A stretch of 64,000 nucleotides of DNA from Octopus sinensis (Eukaryota): the NCBI RefSeq assembly GCF_006345805.1, contig NC_042998.1, forward strand, positions 186,310,001 through 186,374,000, in the 5' to 3' direction. The position numbers were made by a program, and so were the translations under genes. Positions 1-11,700 of the stretch are shown one piece after another. The notes below the pieces were generated by a model. That model saw only the letters and a program-made list of their open reading frames with translations, made no database searches and was not told where the DNA came from. The first letter of the stretch is position 1, and every line of letters begins with the position of its first letter.

Positions 1-3000
1 ATGCTTATGATCAACTAGTAAACAGTAGTGTATTTGCATATGAATTCCTTAAATTTAGTTTTAAGTAAAAATTGATATCTTGTATGTGCTTGACACGAGA
101 TTTTATTTGAAATTGTGTTGAAACTAAAGCATGTATCATGATAAATTCATGTACACTTTTATACCCACTTCTCTCCCCACTACCCCCCTTCATATACATA
201 CACTAGTATATATTATTAAGTATAAAATGTCTTCATTCTGAATTTATAGCCTGCTACTGATAGTCTACTCCACTGTACCTCCGAGGTGTTAAGCTAAAGT
301 ACCTCTGTTTTAAGTGTTATTTAAAATTAGTTTTATCAACAACATATATTTCTTGTCTTTTATTTCAAATTTGGTTTCCTAATTGTCCATGAATGTCCAC
401 CTCTCTAAGGTTTCGGTTATTAAGTTTGCATTATAATTAATATAGAATTTTCATTTCAGCTTGATTTTTAAAATATTTTAAAAATTCTATTGCTTATGTC
501 ATAGGCTGTATTGGTTGATGTTGCTGATCATAACTTTACACAAAATAGTATTCTTATTTAAATAAAAGATTAAATAATGCAGTAGTTAATAAAGAATACT
601 GTAATAAATCTTATAATAAAAGAAATCATTACTATTGTTATTTAGCCAGAAAAGGGTGATTGAAGCTAAAGACTTTTGTGAGTCTTCTGACACTGGTGAG
701 GCTGATATGATTGACATCCAACTTCAACTTTTCTATGATGATGTTAGTAGCAGACAGAAACATAAGCAGTGTTGGAATTTCAGAGGGATATTGTACTGGG
801 GAAGAAAGATTGCACTCGCTTAGAATACATCTGCACATGTATATTTTGCAGTTTTAAAGAATAACATTCTTTGTGAATAATCATGAAAGTGATGCCCTAT
901 AAACTAGTACCTGTGTGACACTGTTCCTTGTCAAGCACATTTAACTCTTGCTTGTTCACTTTAGTTGCAAATAGATGTCCTAAAAGTCACAGCTTTAGCT
1001 TATGAAATCAATCAGTCTGTATAACATTGCACATTTTATCACACTATTTATATACTACTAGTTGCACTATCAATATACTAATTCTATAGAATATTCCCCT
1101 TAATAGAGAGTTATTTAAAATGACTTGACTCTGAACATATGTACCTGCTACACAATCCCATTATCACAGTGAATAACATTTTTATGACATGAATACATGA
1201 AGCTAAGGAAAATTGTACCATGAAGCTTTGTTTGGGATGCTTACAACCAATTATTGTCCTGTGTTTAACTTTGTATTGTAAAGAATGAGATAAAGTGAAG
1301 GTGCTCTTTTAAACTTCAAAAACAAAAATTGCAAACATTATTTTAAGTAAAATTTTAAAAATTGATTTAATCTCAGCTTAGTCATCGAATCTATGATAAA
1401 GGAAAGTAATTATGTGGTCATTATAATGGCAAATCAGATAACAAGACAATCACAAGATATCAACTGACCATCAGAAAAAAAATTACCTTAGATAAGAGAG
1501 AATGAGATAGTACCCAGATCAAATAGGCTCTGTATGTAATTAATGTTGTCTGCCACAACTCAGATATGTTTGTGATTACATCCATATCTATTTTCCTGCT
1601 TGTTTAAACAGGAAAAGTAATAAAAGACAAGACAGGAACAAGACATTATATAAATATAGAACAGTTATTTTAAATCCTATTTGTTTAGTTATATGTAGAG
1701 CAAGACAAATGATACTGGCCCTTGGGGAATTGTTTTATATCTATTTTGGCCATGTTGAAGAAATTTTTAGTATCGTGTTGCTTCATTTAACTCATTTACT
1801 TCACATTAAGTCATAGTGCTAAATAATCTTTATCCTTTTGGCATCTAGTTGATTATTAGCTCATCTGTAGTGATATGTATACTTAGCACTACTTATTTCT
1901 CTAGTTTGCTGCAAATGCAGCTATTTTATCTGAGAAAACAGAACAATACTCAGATGGATATTATGCTAAAAGTTTAGTAATATCTTCTGCTCTGAACTAA
2001 AGAGAATTAACAATTCTAATAAAAGCGTATTTATAACCTACAATGGAAATATTGAATAAATGAATGCAAAATATTTCAATCGTCTATTTCCTATACAATG
2101 TAAAATACTGCAATTCTTGTTTCCTTGAAAACCAATATTTCTTCCTCAAAATCTTCCGTATTCGATATTCATTGAAACAAACCATTTGTGGATGCTTTCC
2201 TATAGCATGGTTTTCATAGCAGACTGTCATATAATAGAATGAATGTTTACTTTTAGCAACCTTGCATGAAAGATGTTTCTGTGTTCTTTTGAGAAAATAT
2301 CTCCAGCTCCACTGTCAGACCATGATCATCATCTTGTTTTCTAGTAAAAGTGTCTGATATCCTTATTTATTGGTTTTTAAAACTTCAAGGAATGTATGGC
2401 TAATTCTGTCATTTGTATTTGTTGATCCTTCAAATATTTCTGCCATTTCAATTCAATATCTTTCTGTAGTTGTTGATAAGTTTACATATGTATAAATAAA
2501 CTTGCATGCTTATATCAAGTTATAGATTATCAATGGACTTGCTTACAAGTCCATCACTTGTGTCATACATTATACTCAACTTAGTATAATGACAGCTCTA
2601 CATAGCCCCTTCACTTCAGTGTACATTAGTAAAATAATAAATTTCTTTCTGATCTAATATTTGCTGATATTAAGTTGGTTTATTATGTTAAACTTTTCAT
2701 GAAATAACATCTTTCACTTTCTTTTATGGAGTTGAATAGTATCTTTCATTTTCTTAATAGTTCAGGTGTGCAACCTGAAGTCATCAAGTTATTTTGTCAG
2801 TCAGGTGTTGTTCCTAAAAGCTTGTAACAGTTTAAGGTCTTAATAGTTTAAGGAGAACTTTTGCTTTCAGATTAAAGTAATATGCAGAGTTATATATAGC
2901 TTATTGCTAAGGCAAATACCACATATTCCTAAGCTATTAAGGTACCTAAATTGCTCCAAATTTAACTATTTTACATTAATTTCCCTAATTTTTCAACTTC

Positions 3001-5240
3001 CATGCAAACTTAGTGAGTTCAGCATTGTATCTTCTGATGATCAGTGCTACTACAAGCTCATTTCTTTCTACCAATGTTCCACCTATTCTTACTTGATGAA
3101 CTTTTATAAGAAATTTCCTAACATGCCTAATACTATCTAACAGTGCTAGTCATGTGATCAGCAAGAAGAAATACTCATTATACATGCATAGTGGGTAGGT
3201 GGGTATTTGTGGGTGTATAGACAGGTTATTTTTTTTTCCTTTCATATAGATTATGTGCAACTGATCTGGGAAACTAAATGTGTACACTTGTACACATATT
3301 TACAAAACCAAAGACACATACAAAACATTGAGATGTATTTAAGTGAAAATTTCCTCTGCTTAAGAAAGCTTAAAATTCTGCTCTCCAATTTCTTTGACAC
3401 CAAATATTTTTCCCGACAATTATGGTTTGCTTTATATCTTTCTTCCTTTTCACTCCTATTTAGAATGGAATGTTTTGTAATCCTTTTGCTCATGGTCTGC
3501 ATGATACATATCTCAATTTTACATCTGCTATTCTTAAACATCTTTTGTAGCCTTTCAAAAGAAGACATGACTTTTAATCTAGAGAAGGAGTTAAATATTG
3601 TCTTCAATATTAAACTCTAAATTGCTATTGGATGCCTGTCTTTCCTCCTCTTCAAACCATTGATCCGTTCAATTTTCAGCTTGTTTCTTCTTTAATATTA
3701 CTGCTGCAGGAGTACTGTCTGCTATAATTAGTTCCTATTTCCTTCATATTGCATAGTTCCTATGTCTTTTATATTGTATAGTTCCTTTTCCCCATATATT
3801 GCATTTGAATTCAGATTAATACACCCTCTTCAGATGGGTAACTTTAAGATGGGGTAGCTGTAGAGAATTGGTTTTATTTCCTGCTTTCTCTGCTTGTCAT
3901 GGCATGTCTGATTATACCTGCAACAAATATTTCTATTCATGTGGGTTTTCTTTTTTCTTTTTATATTTGTTATATAATAATTATTTTAATAATGTGTTAG
4001 TGTATTTGTATTTTGAGGTTTAATTTCATCATGTTGCACTTAGCAATATTCATTTTTTTTTCTTTTTCCAACATTATGGGTAAGAAAGACCTCATTAATA
4101 TTCCAAGCTTTTAAAAAATGTTGAAAATTATATCTTAATTTAATACTTTATTACTCAGTTTTTTCCTTAAAATTCAATAAATTTTGGCAAATGCTGACTA
4201 CTCCTACATAGGTATTTTAATTAAATCTGAATTTCGTTCTTCTCTATATATTGACCCCATATTGACTGAAACAGCCATTTACATGTAAACTTTAATTTGA
4301 TGAGATACTCACATCCATAGATTATGAGAGGAAATTTATTAAAAGGTCAGCAAAGAAAATATTTATTTGTAATGGTTCTTCAGAATTTTTCAAGTCATTC
4401 TACACAGTGTCTATTGTACTGACAACTTCTGTTATAATATAATATTTACAATAGTAAACATTAATCACTCTTAATGCCAGTAGCTTCTACTTTGTATAAA
4501 TTTATGTGGTCGCTTGTAGCACCTTCAAATTTCCATTCAATAACAACCTTTCCTTTGTCTTCTTTAGTAATGTTTGAAAGAATTTTTCAATATTGAGTTG
4601 TTACCAAGTTAATATAACAAAAAAAAAAATTGATGTATTTTACACATAAGATTCAGGGCTGTAATCCTGAAATGTTAAATATAATATTCATAAAATATTT
4701 AAAATTCAAACAAGTTTCAATATACTTTTGACCAATAATGAAATAGAGTATTTAGTGATGAAACAGCAGAAAACTTAACATTGTTCTGTAAGAACTCATT
4801 TCACATATTCAGTTACCAGTCACTGTTTAAAAAGAAATAATTGCTACTGTCAATCTCACAATTTTGTAAGTATATGTTATTTATCCTATAGCATCATCCA
4901 ATACATGGATCTGGTGTTTAATTATACTGCTTATTTGGATCTGGGGATTGCCAAAATTTTATCTTTTTCTCAGCAATTTTACAAGACCCTTCTATTTGTT
5001 TTATGTTAAATTTTCATTGTTCCAATTTAGAATTGTCTGAGAAAAATTTCTTCCACAAGTGTTATGTGTAGAATTCTTACTCTGATTATCTTTTTTTAAA
5101 GTAGTTTTTTTTAATTTTTTGTTTGGTTTTACTTTTTTAACATTCATGTGTTTGTATTAATTTTGCTTAATATTCAGTTTTGTTATAAATTGTTTTAGTT
5201 GAATTACTGATTGAATTCTGTAGCTGAATAACTTTAAATC

Positions 5241-5268
5241 ATATATATATATATTATATATATATATA

Positions 5269-5316
<48 letters not shown>
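5241..5316. repeat. (TA)n microsatellite
   Basis: Direct reading. Similar tracts: TA 50315-50460 and 50903-50944, TG 60373-60419, CA 35678-35705 and 59859-59887. Confidence 0.95.
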
Positions 5317-5319
<3 letters not shown>

Positions 5320-5635
5320 CACCCATGTGTAAAACATACTGGAGTGTGTGTGTATACATACATATATGCACACATATACCAGTTTGTTTTACATATGAGT
5401 GGTCAATCCTTATAGTTACTAATGTATTTGGGTACTCATGAACCATTGGTTCACTGTTAATTTCATTGGTATGGTTTTTCAATTTTTAGATATGAAAAGA
5501 TGAACTTCATTGCAATTATGTTAGTCAGCTCCCCATCCAACCCAATCCAGTATGAAAAACAGGTGTTAAACATTGATGATGATAATGATAAACACCTCTA
5601 AGCATATTGTTGTTAATTACTGATCTGTAAAATTG

Positions 5636-6530
5636 TCATCATCATCATTTAATGACTGCTTTCCATGCTGGCATAGGTTAGACAGTTTGACTGGAACTAG
5701 TAAGCCAGAGAGCTACACCAGCTTCCAGTCTGATTTGGCATGGTTTCAATGGATGGATGCCCTTCTTAACACCAACCACTCCAAGATTGTAATGAGTACT
5801 TTTTATATGCCATCAGCACAGGTGCTTTTTACATGCCACCAGCACAGGGGATTTTACATTCCACCAGCACAGGTGCTTTTTACATGCCATCAGCACAGGT
5901 GATTTTACATTCCACTAGCACAGGTGCTTTTTACATACCACCAGCACAGGGGATTTTACATTCCACCAGCACAGGTGATTTTTACATGCCATCAGCACAG
6001 GTGATTTTACATGCCATCAGCATGGCTGCCAGTTATATGATACCAGCATCAGCCATGACTAGGATTTCACTTGGCTTGATGAGTCTTCTCAAGCACAGCA
6101 TATCACCAATGGTCTCAGTCACTTGTCATTACCTCTGTGAGACCCAGCATCTGAAAATCACACTTTACAACCTTGTCCCATGTCTTCCTGAGTCTACCTC
6201 TTCCACAGGCTCCTTTCACAGTTAGAAATCACAAAGGTCTCAGTCGATTGTCTGAGACCCAACATTCAAACAACATGCTTCACCACCTTGTCCCATGTCT
6301 TCCTGGGTCTACTTCTTCCACAGGCTCCCTTCACAGAGATCGCAAAGGTCTCAGTCGATTGTCTGAGGCCCAACATTCAAACATCATGCTTCACCACCTT
6401 GTCCCATGTCTTCCTGGGTCTACCTCTTCCACAAGCTCTCTCTACAGAGATTGCAAAGGTCTCGGTCATTTGTCATCATCTCCAAGAGGCCCAACATTCA
6501 AAGATCATGCTTCACCACCTCATCCTATTT
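5636..6530 (-). mobile_element. RTE LINE 3' end with internal tandem amplifications
   Basis: (CAT)n tail and 3' UTR family as at 32182; three copies of the ORF end (period 115/111 bp) and about 10 copies of a 23-24-bp subrepeat. Confidence 0.8.
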
Positions 6531-6923
6531 GAGTTAATTGTTAGAGATAACTGTTTATCTGTTTGGCAAGTCTGTTTAGTTTATATATCTCAGTGACTTG
6601 CTTGCTAATATTTTTCAGACAATTTATAAACTGGAAAGTGAATGATTTATGAAATGGAAAGTGTTAATTACCATTGGATATTATATTCCAATACTGAAAT
6701 ATTTATGAAAGTAAATTTCCAGTGTTGAAATATTTACATTGAAATGAGATTTTACTGTCTGTTCTGTTTAGAAGTTTTGTAATTTAATCTCTTCAATAGA
6801 TTGTTTTGACTAAAATCTCTATAATCTTAGTTAGAAGTCAATAACTTGGCACAACACTTAAACTGCTATAGAAGAGGCTTAAGGATCCTGGAATTGAGAC
6901 CTGCATTGTCAACCTGTAAGAAA

Positions 6924-7324
6924 TCATCACCATCATCATCATTTAACATCCGCTTTCCATGCTAGCATGGGTTGGACGATTTGACTGAGGTCTGGCGAAC
7001 CATACTCCAATCTGATCTGGCAAAGTTTCTACAGCTGGATGCCCTTCCTAATGCCAACCACTCCAAGAGTGTAGTGGGTGCTTTTATGTGCCACCGGCAT
7101 GAAGTCCAGTTTGGTGGTACTGGCAACAGCCACGCTCAAATGGTGCTTTTTATGTGCCACCTGCACAGGAACCAGTCCAGTGACACTGGCAACAACCTCG
7201 CTCGAATGTTTTTTTTCACGTGCCACCAGCACAAGTGCTAGTAAGGCGATGCAGGTAACGATCACGCTCGAATGGTTTGTTTAACGTGCCATCAGCATGG
7301 AAGCCAGCTTGTTGCCCTGGCAAC
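6924..7324 (-). mobile_element. RTE-family 3' UTR fragment
   Basis: catcatcatttaacatccgctttccatgctagcatggg...gatgcccttcctaatgccaacc shared with many copies in the window. Confidence 0.85.
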
Positions 7325-7916
7325 ATTTGATGAAACTTATCACCAAGCCTCACACATCATTTCTGCTAAGATAGTATGAAACAACTTCAATAATAATACA
7401 AAAAATATGATTTAATTGAAACTTAAAGAAATGGACAGGCATCTTTGTTTGCAAGGAGACATTTAAGTATTATAAAATCTTTTATATAGTATGGTATTGC
7501 ATTGAGATTTGTTTCTTTTTAGCATGCGTTAACTCTCTTTTGGTTTTATTTTTTAGTCTAGAATATATTCATAATAATGTAGCAAGTAATTTTGACAATA
7601 TTTCAGAAATTTAGAAGTTTGAAATTGGCACCTTTTACCAAGATGTCATTGTTAACTTTTTAGTAAGTTTAGTCCCTTCTTAGACTGTTTCCTCCTTCAT
7701 AGAAAATCTTTTACTATTCAAAAGAAAAAAAAAATGTTTTCTTTCTTTCTATCAAATTCTAGGTAAGAAATATTTCAATTTAATTTCATGTTCATTAATC
7801 CTGCCTAATGTTAATATTTGAATTAAAAATTGATTTCTGTATTGTATTCTGTATTTATGTTTAAGGTTGTAAAACCAATGTTGTTGTTTCATGTCATTTA
7901 CTACCTCCAATTACAG

Positions 7917-8084
7917 GGTGAGGCTCTGCGACAGAGTCTGTTGACAAAATATTATGGCAAAGATTATTTTCGAACAAGGCGAGAGAGTATTAATGCCAAT
8001 TCACCACAGATGAAAAGCTTAGGAATTATTGGACCAGGTTCTGTAATGGTCAGCCGAGCTGAAATGACTCTCCATGAAGTTCAA
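7917..8084 (+). CDS. ITPR: ITPR exon 1 in window ([13 protein letters not shown]...RRES...[11 protein letters not shown])
   Basis: ttacag acceptor, CAA|gttagt donor, 168 nt, phase 0/0. Confidence 0.92.
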
Positions 8085-8675
8085 GTTAGTATTTATTTTT
8101 CATTTTAACTTTTACTTCATCAAATCATCATCAGCATCAGTATCATTTAACATCCATTATCCATGCTGTCTTGGGTTAGAGGTTGTGACCAAAGCTGGCA
8201 GGCTGTGTGGCTGCACCAGACTCCAATCTGATTTGGCATGGTTTCTACACCTGCATGCCCTTCCTAATGCAAACCACTTTACAAAATGTGCTGGGTGCTT
8301 ATACATGGCACTGCACAGGCACTTTTACATGGTGCCACACAATAGTTTCTATTATATTTTGGGTTTTTATATTTAAGATAGATGCTTGATATGGTGCAGT
8401 AGTCAGAATTTACACTTTCAAAGAACTGTTGGTTCTTCAAATGTCAATAACATTTACTCTTTACTCTTTTACTTGTTTCAGTCATTTGACTGTGGTCATG
8501 CTGGAGCACAGCCTTCAGTCGAGCAAATCGACCCCAGGGCTTATTCTTTGTAAGCCTAGTACTTATTCTATCGGTCTCTTTTGCCGAACTGCTAAGTTAC
8601 GGGGACGTAAACACACCAGCATCGGTTGTCAAGTGATGTTGGGGGACAAACACAGACACACAAACATATACACAT

Positions 8676-8732
<57 letters not shown>

Positions 8733-11700
8733 TATACAACGAGCTTCTTTCAGTTTCAGTCTACCAAATCCACTCACAAGGCTTTGGTCAGCCCGAGGCT
8801 ATAGTAGAAAACACTTGCCCAAGGTGTCATACAGTAGGAATGAACCCGGAACCATGTGGTTGGTAAGCAAGCTACTTACCACACAGCCACTCCTGCACCT
8901 ACAGGATTGTTTAGAATATTTTTATGTTGGGGTGGGATATTGTGTTTTCTTTTCATTTTATGAAAACTGTCAATTTAAACTGAACACCTTCTACCATCAA
9001 ATATATTTGGAAATGTCTGTCTTTTTAGGATTGATAAAATAGGCATTAGTGTCATTGAGGTTTTCTGATATGGTATATCATTTTCTCATTGTAACTAATC
9101 ATAAATCAATTCCTTTGTCATTTCCGACTGCATTTAATCACCTTTAACTTGGATCAAAGGATTGACAAATTTCACTAAAGTTCAAATAAAATTACATCTT
9201 TGTGTAAATTATTTTGTTTTATCTCGTTCATTTTCTAGTGCCATTTAGACAAGGAAGGTGCCTCTGATCTTATCGTGGACCTCATTATCCAGAATGCGAG
9301 CAACCAAATATTCTTACAGACTGTTGAACTTGGAATCGCTTTACTGGAAGGTGGCAACAGTGTTATTCAGGCAAGCCAGCTTATTGTATTTTTGTAAATA
9401 ATACTGTGTAATCAAATTTTTCTTGTATTTAACATAAAGACTTATTTTGTGAGTGTGTTTATTTATATGTATATATAGATATAAATTAGAAATGGAAATC
9501 AAAATAATGAATTGAACAATTGAACAATTAAATGATTTAATCATTAAATGATAAATTCAATTCACTTTTATTATTTTATACAAACAAATGGCACATCTAG
9601 TAAATTACAGCTATTTCAACACCATTAAAAAAAAACAGGTTTTTCAAGAATAATAAAATACTGTTTTAAATATAATGAGGTTTCATCAGACAGACATGTC
9701 TTCTTAAATATCTTATGAAAAATCGCAATTGAAAATTTTCATAACTGCTGACGCGTTTCAAAGAATCCACTTTAATTATATATATGTATACTGAACGACA
9801 AAAAAAAAAAAACTTGCACTGTAAAAGATTATTTGTTTCACACAAGATATTGAGATTATATAGATTTTATCATATTTCTGAGTAGTTTGACATTAGGAAA
9901 ATATCACTGACCCACAACACCACTCACTTTTGAAAACAAGGATTGCAAGTAGGGTTCAAACTCACTCACTCTTCATGAACATAGTAATGCTCGTGAATAC
10001 ATCTTTATGAAAAGCATGATGCAGGGTCAAAATGTTGACTCATTGAGTATAAAAGGCACCCAAATTTTATACTGTCATTCATTTCCCGAATGCAGTAAGC
10101 ATGCCTAGACTGACATGAAATCAGAGGGAGCAAGCTATCAGATGTCTCCATGGGTCAACATCTGTGGTCAACGTCCGTGGGTCATTGCTAATGACTTGAA
10201 CTCCATAGGGAGTCACCACAGATCTATTTGTGCAGTGACAGTTCACCACCAACTGAGATCTTTCAATCTGTCTTGTCAACATTCGGCTAGAAGTCATATC
10301 CTCATAGATCGTCATCAACGGGCACATTTGCAGTGGGCTCAAAAACATCAGAACTGGCGATATCAGCAGTGGAGGACTGTAGTCTTCTCTGATGAAAGTC
10401 AATATTGCATTTCTGTGGTAGATGGCAGAGAAGAAGGGGTGAATGTCATGCTGATGGCTATGTAGGGGAGAGAAAGTCATAAGGACAGAGCATCATGGGC
10501 AAAATGCTTAGCAGTATTTCATCTGCCGTTACGTTCTAAGTTCAAATTACGCCGAGGTCAACTTTGCCTTTCATCCTTTCAGGGTCGATAAATTAAGTAC
10601 CAGTTATGCACTGGGGTCGATGTAATCGACTTAATCCGTTTGTCTGTCCTTGTTTGTCCCTTCTGTGTTTAGCCCCTTGTAGGTAGTAAAGAAATAGGTA
10701 TGGGGTGAGATTGCACTCAACCAAAGACTCGGACTGGTGGTCTTCCAAAACATTGGCCAAGCTGGAGCAGTGGAGTAACTGTTACTTGCTACATCAACCA
10801 GGTGTTGAGACCTCACATTGTGCAATATTTTGCCCGTCATTCGAATCACGTGTTTCAACATGACAATGCCCATGTCCATACTACCAGGTTGAAAACAGAC
10901 TTCCTCCACCAGCACAACTTCCAGACACTGCTATGTCCTGCCCTAAGTCCAGACTTGAACCTCATAGAGTATCTGACAACTGTGACACAACTCACTGCAA
11001 GTTTTAAAAGAGTGTGGACTGCTATCCCCATGGCCTTCATCAGCTGTTTGGTGTATTCAATGCACATAAGATACCTGGCAGTAATCAACGCTAAGGGTGA
11101 TCACACAAGATATTGAATTCATCTCTTTGGATCCAGGACACCCCGTCATCACATGACACTATGTGATGTCAAACGTGTTTCAGGAAATTACATTTTATCA
11201 TCAGTAAAGAATGGTTTCTTAATTATCACTCTTCAGTCAATGTTATGGCAGTCCATTAATAAACCAGTTTCTATTTAGTATATGTGTGACATTTCTTTTG
11301 CTGATGTTAGGAAGGGCATCCAGCTGTAGAAACTCTGCTAGATCAAGATTGGAGCCTGGTGCAGTCATCTGGCTCACTAGTCCCCAGTCAAACCATCTAA
11401 CCCATGCCAGCATGGAAAGTGGACGTTAAACAATGATGATGATATATATATAGACATACACACACATAGAGAGAGAGAAGAAGAGGTTAATCAGAACATA
11501 GGAGCTGTGGCCATTGCCTTCACAGGATCTGTAATACCAATGAGATGTTATGGTGAAGAGTATGAAGGCTGTTCTTAAACATATTATTGTCTGGCTTAAC
11601 TGGGTAACTTATTCCATCAACTATATTAATACTACTACTTGGTTTTTGGGTTCCTTTAATCAGGTATATTCAGGTGAAAGCTTTGGGACCAGAATAAATT

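Noticed and set aside
1-7916. ORFs in the first 7.9 kb (e.g. 3207-3620 +, 3251-3607 -) as upstream ITPR exons or separate genes
   Set aside because: No ITPR motif expected before GEALRQ (LCIKVLQTLREM-like) and no recognisable domain; treated as intron, with the previous exon outside the window.
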